From NCBI RefSeq assembly GCF_009914755.1, contig NC_060936.1: DNA of 64,000 bases; one strand, written 5' to 3'. Below are positions 29,196-43,815 of this stretch, piece after piece. The notes under the pieces were generated by a model that had not been told where the DNA came from, made no database searches, and saw only the letters and a program-made list of their open reading frames with translations. The stretch's first letter is position 1, and the number at the start of each line of letters is the position of its first letter. A program made the translations under genes and the position numbers. This stretch comes from the human T2T-CHM13v2.0 reference genome, Homo sapiens.

Positions 29196-30443
29196 AGGCA
29201 CTTCAACAAATGAGAATGGCTTTAGGAAGTGGTTTTTACACAGAGCCTTGAATAACGCATAGAGGTTTAGCTAGGTGAAGATGGTGGATGGGTGGTCCTG
29301 ACCGAGTGTCTCACTCAAGATTCTTGTTTGCAAGTAACAGAAAAGAAATCTGTTTTTCTTAAGCCAGGGATGGGAGAACTGAATGGCCCCAAATAATAAC
29401 TTTGAAATGCTCAATTTTATATAGAGAGATAGGGTTTGGAGTCTGGAAGATGTCCTCTCATACTGACATTTGAGCAGAAACAGACTTAAGCTTACTCCTG
29501 CACAGGTGTAGAGGCCTTCTAGTGAGCACACAACTTACAGAGGACAAGCTTGTAGTCTGACGAGTCCCTTGATTTGGGGAAGCTGCAACACCTGGTTTCT
29601 CCGGGGAAGCCAGAGGATCCCAACAAGCCGTGACCTACATTGTTGATTCTCTGCAAGGGCTTTGTACCCCAAGAGGCAGTGGAGTGGGCAGGGGTTTTTA
29701 AACAGTGCTTCTTGCCACACTGAGGGTTTCTTTCAGCTTTCTCAGAATGGGGCCATGTAAGAGGTAAGCTGCAAATGCTCAGAGTTTCATTGTGAGATGC
29801 TTGAAGAGAGTCTTTTGATGCTAAAAAAATCATTTGAAAATGAGCTTACCTGGCTGGAATCCTATATTTGTCACTCATTAGCTGTGTGGCCCTAGGTAAG
29901 TTAATTAGCCTCTCCAAACTGCTTTATCTTCCTCCTGTCCCTTCTCCTCCTCGACCATCACCATCCACATCATTACCTAAACATTGACTATGATAATTGG
30001 TTTAGATACATTCTGCCATTGACTTCTCACACCAACCCCTTTAGTTAGGTAGTTTTACCCTAACTTTACAGGTGAGGAAACTGGGGCCTAGGAAGATTGC
30101 CTCACTTCTCCAAGATCACCCAATAGGTGGCAGGGCTGGGATTTAAACCCAGATCAGTCTGACTTCAAAGCCTGTAGTCCTAACCACAAATAGGGTGATT
30201 GTCAGGATAAATGAGAATATATAGATACAAGCATATTGCCTATCTCTGTGCCTGCCATGTAATTGGCTTTTAACAAGTTATAGCAATTGTGATATTCACC
30301 TTGTTTACATCATTGGGTATTTGCCATCCCAGAATGTGACTAGGCCTTTGGGGACATTTGCAGAGCAGGGAGAGATTTTATATTTATCAAGAAGTATAGC
30401 TAATCCTAACTTCATTTACTTTTCTCTTTAGGGACAGTCAAGG

Positions 30444-30947
30444 TGTAATGGTGCCAGGCCCATTGCCTGATGTGCAGCAAGGCAACATGCCTAGATGCTG
30501 GGTTGCAGCAGAGAAAGTCTTAGTTGTAAGGCTGCCAAGTGAGGAGATAGGAGGAAAGCTCCAATCCACCTCCATGAAGAATTTGGATCTAGAATTTTAA
30601 GGAGTTTGGATGGGTAGTGGGCCAAGGTGTTGATTGGTCAAAGAGTACGGGCTGAAGTCGTGGGACGGGAAGCTGAAGAAACCGCATTCTCATGCTGACT
30701 TAGCTCCTTGGTGGAATCTTCAGACTAGTTGGCTTCAACTGTTCTGAAAACATCTCAAACAGAAAGTCTTGGGCTCCTAACATCTATAGGAACAATGAGG
30801 AAGTTCATGGTTTATGTCACAGCCTATGTGGTCCATAAGTAGCTACAGGGAAGTAGGTCAAATGGCAACCTGATCAATGCCCTCTCTGTACCTTTATCTA
30901 AAGTCTGGCATGTAATTCTCGTTAACCCTGTGGAGATGGTGTTAACA
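30444..30947 (-). mobile_element. ERV1 solo LTR (LTR26/LTR8-related)
   Basis: TG...CA ends; minus-strand start ccatctccacagggttaacgagaatt resembles the LTR at 26109. Confidence 0.65.
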
Positions 30948-31913
30948 GTGCAGTCTTCCAGGACCAGGAGGGGAAAAGGGGCACATAACCTCTTTGGGCT
31001 GTCCAGGCGGATGGCGGCATTTGCAAGGCTGCTGGGAAGAGAGATGGGGCCAGCGCTGGAATTGGCTTCAGAGGTAGTGGCTGGTCATTAATGAGATGCC
31101 AAAATGGGGGCGTACAAGGGATCAAGCAGCAAGTGTTCGTGGAGAGTCCACTGTGTGCTCAGCAAAGCGTTAGGACCAGCGTGTGGGAGGAGCTGGTGGG
31201 GAGCAAAGCAGTGGGGTTGTGGGTCCATTTGCTCCTCCAGAGGGACACCGAGTGACATCAGTGCCTCTGTAGTGATGAGCAGAGTTGCTACCTCTGTACT
31301 CTGGGAGGCAGCTTGGTTTGTGTCTGAAAGCCTTTGTTGGTGGATGAGTGTCCATGTATCTGATCTCCATGACCTCAGAGAATTATCAAGCGCCCAGGGG
31401 ATCGGAGCCTCCTGCGAAAATAGAAGGACCTAAAGGTACCAGGTGAAAGGGATGGCTGGGAAGTCCCACGGGCAAGTTTTCTTTTCCTTTGTCCTTTGTT
31501 TTCTTTCTCTCCCAGATCTGGATCCTATAAAGAATGCTATAGATAGGAAAATAAATAAAAACTCTATCACAGATTTGATTTTTACTCTCATTTATTGGAG
31601 TTCAGGCATACAGGACACAGAGAAGGGAAATAAACAGCAATTATATAAGGTTTCTGTCAAAAAATTTTCTCTATTTTTATGGCAATACAACCACCAAAAC
31701 CCTAAAACTCTTACTCTCTTAAAATGCAGCTCCCTTTGATGGGTGTGTATGGCAAAGGTGACAAGTGATTTTATTTTGATTTTTAAAAACAGACCTGCTA
31801 GAACATCTGCCACACTAGGTGTTGAAAAAGTGAGCTGTTTAGGTACCTGACCACTCTTAGTTCCAGTAAATACTTTTAATAATAAAAGTAGCTATTTAAA
31901 AATATTTACTCTT

Positions 31914-32212
31914 GGCTGGGAGAAGTGGCTCATGCCTGTAATCCCAGCACTTTGAGAGGCCAAGGTGGGAGGATTGCTTGAGGCCAGGAGTTTGAGACCA
32001 GCCTGGGTAACAAAGTGAGACCCTGTCTCTATAAAAAAATAAAAAATTACCCAGGGTTAGTGATGTGTGTCTGTAGTTCCAGCTACTCAGGAGGCTGAGG
32101 CAGGAGGATCACTTGAGCCTGGGAGTTCAAGGTTGAAGTGAGCCATGCTCACGCCACTGCACTCCAGCCTGGGTGACAGAGCGAAACCCTGTCTCAAAAA
32201 AAAAAAAAAAAA
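31914..32212 (+). mobile_element. Alu (AluJ-like)
   Basis: Full dimer with A tail. Confidence 0.95.
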
Positions 32213-32486
32213 TTACTCTCGTGTCAGGTGCTGTGCATGCTATGCATTGTTTATTTATTCCCCAAATGTTTATTAAGCACCTACTATGTGCCAGGCACTG
32301 TGCTATATACCAGTGATTTGAATGTGGGGTCTGGGACATCTGAAAAAATGCTGTTTAAACCAAGCTTGTAGGTTGCAGGTGGGTCATTCCAACCAAGAAA
32401 CCAGGGTAGTAGAGGATCTTCCCGGCGGACAACACAGCAAGCATGAAGGTTCATTTAATCCTCACAATAACACAGTGGGGCGCTGA

Positions 32487-32921
<435 letters not shown>

Positions 32922-32934
32922 TGGTTGCCTTTCT

Positions 32935-33010
32935 TGACCGTAGTTTCAGCGCTGAAAGTCCCACATCCCAGAACCCCGTTCTTCCTGGGCAAACTGGGAC
33001 TGTTGATTTT
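32935..33010 (-). mobile_element. MER81-like (hAT-Blackjack) fragment
   Basis: gctgaaagtcccacatccc...cctgggcaaactgggactgttg. Confidence 0.6.
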
Positions 33011-33779
33011 CTTAGGTTGGAATGTTTGGCTGAGATCAAGCCAAGGAGGGTAGGAGGGGCGGTTTGAAGCTTTCAGGAGGAGAGAAGTCAGGAGGCTGCT
33101 CCTTGTACCCTGTAAAGTCCCCAGGCGGCCATTCCATGATCCCAGGCCACAGCACTCTGGCCTCTGCCAGTTCCCTTTCAGGCCCAATCATATTTGTAGT
33201 GTTGTGACACGTCCTTAAGGTCCCAGAGGCTAAAAGCAAGAGCTTCCCTAGTGTGCATAGACTCCACTTGTACATAACAAATGAGGCAGTTTTGCCTGGA
33301 GCTTAACATACAGAAGAGAAAACAAAGTGAATCCAGGTACAGTCAGCAGGAAGATATGTAAAGAAGTCATTATAAATTACATATTATGTTTCCACAGTGG
33401 GCTGCCTGATGATTCAAAAACATTACTTAAAAATCTTTCCCTTCCCTTTCTTTTCCGTTTCTGTGTATTTTTTATTACCCTTTCTTTTTGCCTTTCTCCC
33501 TTCCTTTTATCTTGAACATGAGTCTCTTATGTAACACAGCACCTAGCACATAGTAGGTGCTTAATAAATATTTGTTGAATGAATAAGTGAATGAAACAAT
33601 TCAGTAGGCACTTCAGAGATGCAATAAATTAGCTTAGAATGTTATCTCCAGTTCAGAAGAACTCCAAGCAGGCAGCAACAACTATTCTTTCTTTGATCAA
33701 GAACAGCGTTTGGGAGAATTCAGATCAATTTTAGGGTAGCCGGATCCTCCTATCACAACATTTCTTTCTTGATGAGGTC

Positions 33780-33935
33780 TGTACACACCCTGCATCTGAA
33801 TCACTCAAGGTGCTTATTAAATACTTACAGTTCTTAGGCTCATTCCTGGACCTATTGAGTCAGAACAGTGGCAGGGGCAGGGATTTGCATTTCTAATAAG
33901 CTCCCGGAGTGTTTCTTGTGCATACCCAAACTGCC
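33780..33935. mobile_element. MER5 (hAT-Charlie) MITE
   Basis: gaatcac...gagtcagaa...tttgcatttctaataagctccc. Confidence 0.7.
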
Positions 33936-34319
33936 CTATATAAGCATAGTTTGTTCACTTTGATCATTTGTGCTGCAATCCTGGGCCTCCCTCCTCCTTT
34001 CTGCTAAAAGTTTATTTGTTTCTTCCTTAAAGCCTTGAGAAGAAAAAAAAAAGAGCACATCTCTTTGGGGACGACTTTCAGTTGAAAAGAACTGACAAAA
34101 AGTTGAAATGATAGCAATGCAATATAATTTTCTCATTCTCCCTCTGTTCTTGCAGTGTGTTGCATTACTTGGCATAGATGTTTTCTGGGGGGTATAAGCT
34201 AATGGAATTTACTCAAGCACTTCAGAAACGAGTGGTGTGTTTTATATTTCTAATAAAGCTTTCCTTTCCTTGTGGTTGCAATGGCCACGAATTTGCTTCA
34301 CTGGACTTCAGGTTGTTAA

Positions 34320-34832
<513 letters not shown>

Positions 34833-34982
34833 TAATTGGAGTTAAAGAAAACACACACACGCATGCACGCACGCAGGCACGCACGTAATCCACCCAGACC
34901 AACATTTTCTATTCTTCATTATTCATAAGTAAGATTTATTAGAAAGGTTGATTTGGATGAATTGATGTGTTATAGATCTAGA

Positions 34983-35065
34983 TTCTGTTATGAACATAGG
35001 AAACTGTCCCTTTGTAGGTCAAAAAATGGTCCAACGTTGGCAATTTCTTATGTTTCAATCTAATA
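34983..35065. mobile_element. MADE2 (mariner MITE)
   Basis: tttgtaggtcaaaaaatggtc...ggcaatttcttatgtttcaatctaata. Confidence 0.7.
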
Positions 35066-35346
35066 GAAACCGCATAAATTATCCAGATGTCTATTTTTAA
35101 ATTGTTATTTTAAATATACAAAATATTAAGACATACAAAAAGGTGTAAAGAATAACATAATGAACACCCATGTACTCACCATCCAGTTTAAGAACTAAGA
35201 TGCTACTGAAGCAATCACAGCCCTGTCCCCAATCACATGTCCCTCATGCCCCGACCAGAGGTAGCCTGCATTATGAATTTGGTGCTCATTTGTCCCCTAC
35301 TTGTGTGTGTGTGTGTGTATGTGTGTGTGTGTGTATGTGTATATAT

Positions 35347-35875
<529 letters not shown>

Positions 35876-36539
35876 CATGTATTTGTATATATATAACCTA
35901 CTGCATATAGCCTATTGTATTGTCTTGCACATTTCTTTATTTAAATAATAAAGTATACTTATCCTTCTGCAACTAGCTTTTTTCACTCAACATCAAGGTC
36001 GAGACTCATTCATGTTGATCTGTGTCCCTCTAGTTCAATGTTATTTTCAAAAACCAAGTAGCTGAAAGGATTTGTAGTAAAATCAACAGTGTGTAGAAAA
36101 GAGAGCATATTTCTTTTTTACAATCTTTTTCCCGACCATCAAGCCAAGCTTGGTTCAGTCCATATTTTTGGAAAATATTTGTATTGAGAGAGATTACACA
36201 AGATTTGCAGGAAAAAAAAAAGCAGCCTAACAATAAACAATGGAGCTGTGTGGCTGTTTTGAGACTCATGCTTTTGCCAGAGTAAGATAATTTCTTGGTA
36301 CAAAGTCAGAAAAGAGTCCCACCAGCTGGCAGTGTCTGGCATATGGTGGATGTTCAATAAATATTTGTTCCTTGAATAAATTAAAGGGGAGAGGCACCCA
36401 ATTTGAAAGGACTCAAGGGATGGTGTAAGTGAGGTCTGAGCTAAAATCAGTTTTGTTCTTTGTTTCGAATTAGTTATTGTTACAGGAGGGGAAGGAGGCT
36501 TGGATGAGAAATGAGAGAATTGAATTCATGAGACCAGGC

Positions 36540-36750
36540 AGCTGGCTTCAGTGGCTGAGACGTGGGTTCAGATTCTGACATTTATTAGGCGACCATGGCC
36601 AAGTTGCCTAATCTCACGGTGTGCCTCAGTTTCCCCACCTGTAAAATGGGTGTAATAGGAGGGTACCCCCTCATGGGATAACATGAGGCCTATAGGTGGT
36701 TGGTACATGAAGTGTGTGGCACATGTTCTGGTCTCTAATAAGTGCTCAGA
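36540..36750 (+). mobile_element. MIR SINE
   Basis: gtgcctcagtttccccacctgtaaaatggg. Confidence 0.85.
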
Positions 36751-37589
36751 AAATGTCGTTAAGATTCTGTCCCAATGTGTCTATCCCGTGGGTTCAGAAG
36801 GCTGGAGAGGGCACGAGCAGCCTCCTAGATATTGCAGACCCCTGGGAACAGCCATCCTTTAGGAGGGTGCCTGTATCTGGAAGGTGGATCATCTAGTCAC
36901 AGCAGTGCATCTTGAGGCAGGGCTTTAAATGTCAAAGAAAATGGTTTAGGATGTGATTCATGAGGCGAGGAGCTGATGCACACAGGAAGATGTCAGAAGA
37001 CATACAGGTTACTGTGAAGGACTCAGGGTGCGTGCAGGAGCCAGGCCTCGCTCTAATCAAGCAGAACCAGCTTGCACAGTCATCAGCGTTAGTGTGCCTA
37101 TGGGAGAACAGAAGAGGCAAAGCCTTGTTTGCGTTTTGGGTCTACGTCTCTGGGTTGTGCAGGGCTGAAGGGGGATAGCTATATTATTTGCATATTGCTG
37201 AATAAGAGGCATTTGATTGAGTTGCTTGTGAGAAAGTATAAAAGCCCAATTATGTTATTTTCAAGTATAGGATTTTCTCTTTCCGTCTTTCCTGGGCAGT
37301 AAAGAGAGCCTTTAAATTAATTCAGGGCAGACTCATAGGTTTTGTCTCATAGGGCACTTGGATTGATTGGAATCGATGGAGTGACGGTTGAGGATTTAAG
37401 GCCACACTCAGGCTCTGCAGGAAAAGTACTATGGTTGATTAGCAATGTCTGCCACAAGGAAAGGCTAGTAATGGAATGCATGCTGCATATCAACCATCCA
37501 CATATTCATTTAAAGTATAGCCGGTCTATTTTTGCTTCTATACTTTGCTCATGTTTCTTTCTCTTTTTCTAAAATTACTTCCCTTTTCT

Positions 37590-38200
37590 TCTCTGCTGAT
37601 CCAAATCCTTTTCCTGCATCTCCATCCAATTTAAGTTCCACCTCCTCCAGGAAGCCTTCTCTGATATATCTAATCTACACCGATTTCTCCTTACAATTCT
37701 TAGCGTTTGTACTATTTAATGAATATTTATATTAACATCATTTTTCCATCTCTCCATATGCTTTTACCACATGAATCTTCTTTCTGAATTTCAAGCATAT
37801 GAGGTTTGCTCCTGCCTTAGTACCTTTGAACCAGCTCTTCCCTCTACCTAGAGCACCCTTTCTCCAGGTATTCACTTGCCTAGCTCCTTCTCATCATTAG
37901 CTCTCTACTGAAATGCCACTTCCTTGAGAAGCCCTCCCTGAAACCACTCCATATAACCCCCAGACCTTCTCTCTGTCCTATCACATTGTTATATTTTCCT
38001 CAAGGTACTTACTGCTGCTTGATAACTTCTTATTGATTTGTTTGCTTATTTATGTATTGCCTTTTCCTCTACCCCTCTCCACTCAAATGTAAGCACCATA
38101 AGAGCCGGGACTCTCACTGTTTTCTTCTTTATAATATTCCTAGCATCTACAATGGTGCCTAGCATTAGAAGGTAACCAAATAATAGTTGAATCAATGAAG
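37590..38200 (+). mobile_element. L2 3' fragments
   Basis: cacctcctccaggaagccttc; aatgtaagcaccataagagc; tgcctagca. Confidence 0.75.
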
Positions 38201-38358
38201 GTCTTAGGATATTATTTGCATTATGTGAAGACTTTAATTTGTATGTAATGATTAAACTTTTCTTGGCTGTAGATTTTTCTCTTCCCAACTACATGGTGAG
38301 CTCACAGTGGGCAGGGACCAGTCATATACCCCTTGGCATTCCAGAGCAGCTGTCATGA

Positions 38359-38972
38359 TGTTACCGGAAAGGGGTCCCAATCCGGACCCCAAGAGAGGGT
38401 TCTTGGATCTTTCCCAAGAAAGAATTCAGAGTAAGCCCATACAGTAAAGTGAAAGCAAGTTTACTAAGAAAGTAATGGAATAAAAGAATAGTCCTGAGGG
38501 CTGCTGGTTACCCATTTTTGTGGTTATTTCTTAATTATATGCTAAACAAGGGGTGGATTATTCATGCGTTTTCCAGGAAAGGGGTGGGCAATTCTCAGAA
38601 CTGAGGGTTCCTCCCATTTTTAGACTGTATAGGATAATTTCCTGATATTGCCATGGCATTTGTAAACTGTTATGGCACTGGTGGGAGTGTTTCTTAGCAT
38701 GCTAATACATTATAATTAGTGTATAATGAGCAGTGAGGATGACCGGAGGTTACTTTTGTTGCCATCTTGGTTTTGGTAGGTTTTGGCCGCCTCCCTTACC
38801 GCGTGCAGTTTTATCAGCAAGGTCTTTATGACCTGTATCTTGTGTTGACCTCCTATCTCATCTTGTGACTTAGAATGCCTAACCTCCTGGGAATGCAGCC
38901 CAGTAGGTCTCAGCCTTATGTTACCCAGCCTCTACACAAGATGGAGTCACTCTGGTTTGAATGCCTCTGACG
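38359..38972 (-). mobile_element. MER41B-like ERV1 solo LTR
   Basis: tgttaccggaaaggggtcccaatccggaccccaagagagggttcttggatct ... caagatggagtcactctggtttgaatgcctctgac; imperfect 4-bp TSD atga/atgg. Confidence 0.9.
38571..38600. promoter_or_regulatory. Tandem GAS (STAT) motifs TTCCAGGAA + TTCTCAGAA
   Basis: Two TTCNNNGAA sites 21 bp apart inside MER41; function not shown. Confidence 0.55.
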
Positions 38973-39039
38973 ATGGGGTACTCACTAAATATTACTGAAT
39001 GACTGAATGAAGGAGCAGAACAGTATGTTCAGTGAGCAT

Positions 39040-39435
39040 CCATTTGTATGAGTTAGAGTCCTGGTTTGCCTGCTTTAACAGTGGCATTCAGAAAGATACA
39101 AATTCATTTCTTTCTCATGTAATAGTCTCTAGATACAGGAGGATGGATGCCTCTGCTATCTTCACGTATCGCTTCTGTCTCTGGGTTCAAGGCATTGGCT
39201 CTAGTTCTGGCTCTCTAGCCAACAACACAAACGTTCTGTTAAAGGCACAAGTTGGAAGGGCACATCTCACTTTCACCCGTGTCTCATTGGCCACACCAAG
39301 TCACATGCCCACACCTAAGTGGAGGCTGGGAAATGTAGTCTCTGGCTAGGCAGCCATGTTTCCAGCTAAAACTTTGGATTATTATTGAATAGGGGAGGAA
39401 AGATGTTGGGGGACAATTAGTGGTCTTTTCCCATA
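39040..39435 (-). mobile_element. MLT1J-like LTR
   Basis: cattggccacaccaagtcacatgccc...ggaggctgggaaatgtagtc. Confidence 0.65.
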
Positions 39436-39814
39436 ACAGTTCAATTTGATGAAAATTTATTATTTTTTCCTGTGCTAAGCATGGCACTGGACACTCTGGT
39501 GAGCACAGGTACACATTGGGCATATTCCCTGTCCTGTAGAAGTCTATGGCCTAGTGGACAAGACAAGCAAGTAACTCTAATTCTTGGAGCTTTGCCTGGA
39601 GTAAGAGTTGATTAAATGAATAATAGCAAACATCAATCGCTGTGGACTTACTATGTTGGAAGGCACTTTGTGTTCTTCGTCCCATTTAATTCTTATAACG
39701 GCCTATAACATAGCCCCATTTTCCAGATGAGGCTCACAGAAGTATTTTAAGATATTTTGGATTTGTGGATGGTATAATCAATTGAAGGGCTAATCTCAAT
39801 TTGTTTAGTTTTTA

Positions 39815-40585
39815 TTTATTTCTAAATTTATAGATAGTAAAATTCACTCTTTACAGTACACAGTTCTATGAGTTTTGACGAATGCATAGTGACGTAACCA
39901 CTACCTCAATCAAGATACAGAACCACCACCCCCATCCCAAATTCTCTCATGCTGCCTATTCTCCTACCCTCAACCTCTGGCAACCGTTGATCTGTTCTTC
40001 ATTCCTATAGTTTTGCCTTTTCCAGAATGTCATACACATGAAATATTGTAATATACATTAGGTTGGTGCAAAAGTAATTACGGTTTTTGCCATTACTTTT
40101 AATTATATATACTTTCTGTGTTATATATAATATATATGTAATATATCCCTTTGAATCTGGCTTCTTTCATTTTGCATAATGCATTTGAGATACATCAATG
40201 TTTTTGTGTATATTAGTAGCTCATTCCTTTTTATTGATCAGTAGTATTCCATTGTGGTTTGTTTATTCATTCTCTGGTGGAGGAACATTTTGGTTGTTTC
40301 CAGTTTGGGGTAACTGTAAATAAAGCAGTTACAAACATTTGTGTACTGGTTTTGTGTGAATATAGGTTTTCATTTTTTTTTTTTTTTGGGTAATACCAAT
40401 GAATAGGATTGCAGGTTTGCATGGTAAACATATGTTTAACTTTATCACAAATTGCCAAACTGTTTTCCATGGTGGGTGTACCATTTGTATTTCCCCCAGC
40501 AATAGATGAGGGTTCTAGATGCTTCATGTCCTCGCTAAGTCTTGTCATTGTGTTGTTGTTGATAGTCACTTTAATAGACATGTAG
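39815..40585 (-). mobile_element. L1MB/ME-like 3' end
   Basis: aaaattcactcttt...gtacacagttctatgagttttgac; ttgtttccagtttgggg. Confidence 0.85.
40057..40103. mobile_element. MADE1 (Hsmar1 MITE) half-element
   Basis: ttaggttggtgcaaaagtaattacggtttttgccattacttttaat. Confidence 0.85.
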
Positions 40586-41660
40586 TACTGCTACCCATTT
40601 AGAAAGCATTTTGACCCTGCTTTGAAGCATGGCTGTTTTTCTCTTCTCCAGGCAACGTTCGTTCTACATAATTCAGCACCAGCTTAGATTCTCACTATCA
40701 AATTGAACCCTTTCCCCTTTGCTATCCACACAGGTAAGGGTAAGGGGGAATTTATTTTTCCTACTAACTGTGCTGGCTAGTGCAGTTCTTAGCTTTCCCA
40801 AGGAAGGAATGACTTGAGAAATAAATTTATTCTAGCCCAGGGCTTGAGAAAGATCTGCCTTCAATTAGCCAGCAGTATATGTTGACCTATTCAAACCAAA
40901 CCATTATGACTCAGGTTGCATTAAGTTAAAAACATATTTAAATCCATATTTGGATTATGAAAGCAAATGGAATACATCAAGGGCTCCATGAATAAGTAAC
41001 ATTTTCATATTTTCTTAAAGGACAAATGTAGAGAGGGAAAGAAAAATTTTCTTCCCAGGGAATTATGTCTAAAGTCTATAACAATGATTCCCAAATGGGG
41101 GATGGGGGTGGGTGTGGGGTGCAAATCAGAGCTGTCAAAATTACTTGTGATGAGGAGTGTTTCATTACACATGCATACACACTCTTTCTCCCCAGGAGGA
41201 TTCTGACCCTTCCATGGGGGAGTGTGGGCCCTTTCCTTCAGTTGAGAACTATTGCCACTGCGCGTTGCTGAGGGGAGTAGATCGTCTACTGGCCATGTTG
41301 GGGCAGAAAGAAGGTGGAGACTCTTCTCTAACATTGTAATTCAATGCAGGGGTGGCAAAGAAAGCAACATGTGATTCTCTCATTCCAACTTCAATCCATT
41401 GGTAATGGCTGCCTGTAGCCCTGCATAGAGGAAGATGGCAGCCTCTTCAGGCTTAGAAGGAAGGAGAGCAGGAATTGATTGGTGATGTTTGCCATGGGCA
41501 CAAGCCAGCTGATATTCAGATCTGTGCCATGTGTTTGCTGTCCTTGAAATAAGAATCTTCTAAAGATCTTTGGTTTCTTTCTTCTCACAGAATTTATGAT
41601 TCCACCTTAATGTTGGTAAGGCTTCATCTTGGAGATGGTAATAAATTTGTAATGCTCTGT

Positions 41661-41848
41661 CAAGTGGTTTTCACCTCCCAGAGGTCATTTGGCAATGCCA
41701 TTTTTTGTTGTCACAAATGGAGGGGTGCTACTGGCATATGGTGGGTAGAAGAAAGCTGCTAAATATCCTACAATACACAGGGCATTCCCCTAAAACAAAA
41801 AATTATCATCTTCATATGCCAATAGTGCTGAGGTTAAGAAACCTTGCT
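41661..41848 (+). mobile_element. MER20 (hAT-Charlie)
   Basis: catttggcaatg...ttgtcacaa...tgctactggcat...aatagtgctgaggttaagaaacc. Confidence 0.85.
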
Positions 41849-43169
41849 CTATATCCTCCAGTGTTTCTTAGGATTATCTCCTAAATATATATCTTGAGAT
41901 CTGACACTGGTAGAGAAATGGGGAAGTCAGACAGGAATGAGAAGGCATTCAATAAAGGACCCATTATCAAACCATCCACCAGAGATTAATCCTGCAAGGA
42001 AACTCTGAGTCAATGTAGAACGCATACCTCAGTTATCCCATCTGAGAGGTGAGGGAGCTGGGATATTTATGCACCAATTCCCCATGGTCATTACTTGAAG
42101 GCTGTTCCCAAATGACATTTTGAGAGCACCATTTATTCCCCAATAATAGCGTGCATTGTGCTGTATGTAAGAGCTTGTCTAATGGTCTTCCCCAGTAGAT
42201 TGAACACTCCATGAGGGCAGGGACCATATCTATCTTGCTTATCATCATAGCTCCAGCATGTAGTAGACATTCAATAAAGGTTTGTGGAATGACTAAATGA
42301 CTAACAGCCTCTTTGGGATAGGCATACAAGAATGGCATGCAATAAATTAGGGCAGTTGACTAATACATTTTGACTATGGGGTAAGAGGTTATAACAGAGA
42401 AGATGGGAGAAGTTGACCAATCTGTGTTCTTACGTTTGATTAAGGGATTGCCCATCTTGTCATACTGATAGAAGCCATATTAGATACTGCTGCAGAACTT
42501 TGTATATGCTGCATCTCACCACCACCTTGTTTTTCTATCTTTATTCATTAGTCTTCCTCCTCACATATCACTTGCTTTCTTTTCTGAGTCAGTTTAACTT
42601 CGAGCCTATAGTTTTTTTCTTTTCTTCCTTCTCCCCATTGCACCAAAATAATGTGAAGAAAAAGACAAGTCAGAATTTCTGTCCCCACAACATATTTCAG
42701 GCTCATTCTGCACTCAGGTTGTTTTCTGAATCTCTTTGTTATGGCAGAGAAGCAGATTGAAGTTTGAGATTGACAACTGTCTCCTCCCCATGATTGGCAG
42801 TGAGACCCTTGTGTGTGTGTGGTATGTGCACATGCACGTGTGCTCATGCATCCATGCATGTGTATGTGTGTCTTTGGAGATTTCAGGAGGAACTGATTAA
42901 ATCCTGCAAAGTTCAATGTCAGACTGAATATTTTCATGTGAGGTAATCAAGCTAGGCATCTGAACATAATGATAGATGACATGGGGGCCAACCAATACAT
43001 CTTAGGCTATCAGATTGTGGCAGGCAGATGATGTTTTCCACATGTTGGTGGCCATATTGTTTCTTTGTTCTGTAAATATTGGTAGCTCTTGCTAAATTAA
43101 AAGAACAAGATTTTCCTTCCAGTTTTAATGAAGATTTATGATAACCAGGAGACAGTAAATTATGGTGTT

Positions 43170-43575
43170 TGTGTCAGTTAGCTATTGCTGTGTAACAAAC
43201 CACCTCTAAATCTCAGTGACGTGCAACAAATGTTTGGTTCTTGCTCATAAGTTTGCAGGTTGGCTGGAGTGATTCTCTTTCATTTGTCTCTTATCCTTTT
43301 CCTGGGACTAGTAGGCCATACAAGGCATGTTCTTTTCTTGGTACTGGCAAAATTTAAAGAAGGCAAGCCCAACTGTGCAAGCATATTCCAATCCTATGCT
43401 TGTGTCACATATGCAGGTATCATATTGAGCAAGTCAGAGCACATGGTTGAGCCTGAAGTCAAGAGGTAGGGAAGTACACTTGGTCTTTTGTGGGAGGAAC
43501 TCAAAGTTACATGGCAAAGGGCATGGTTACAGGAAAGGATGAAGAATTGGAGCAATGTTTCAGTCTATCACAGTG
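43170..43575 (-). mobile_element. MLT1 MaLR LTR
   Basis: tcagttagctattgctgtgtaacaaaccacc; aaagttacatggcaaagggcatgg. Confidence 0.8.
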
Positions 43576-43815
43576 TGTAGAGCTTGGGTTATGGAGTCAG
43601 AAAGACCTGGATTTAAACCTTTGCTCCTCCATTTACTAATTATGACTTGACCAAATGACTTAGCCTCTTTAAACTTTGGTTTCTCATCCATCTGACAAAT
43701 AGTTATAATAATGGTATCCACACTTCAGTATTGTTGAGAGGGTTAAATGAAATGATGCATGTAAGCTACCTAGCATAGTTTCTGGCACACGGCAAGTGTT
43801 CAATAAATTTCAGCT
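43576..43815 (+). mobile_element. MIR SINE
   Basis: tggagtcagaaagacctgg...ttaaatgaaatgatgcatgtaa...caataaat. Confidence 0.85.
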
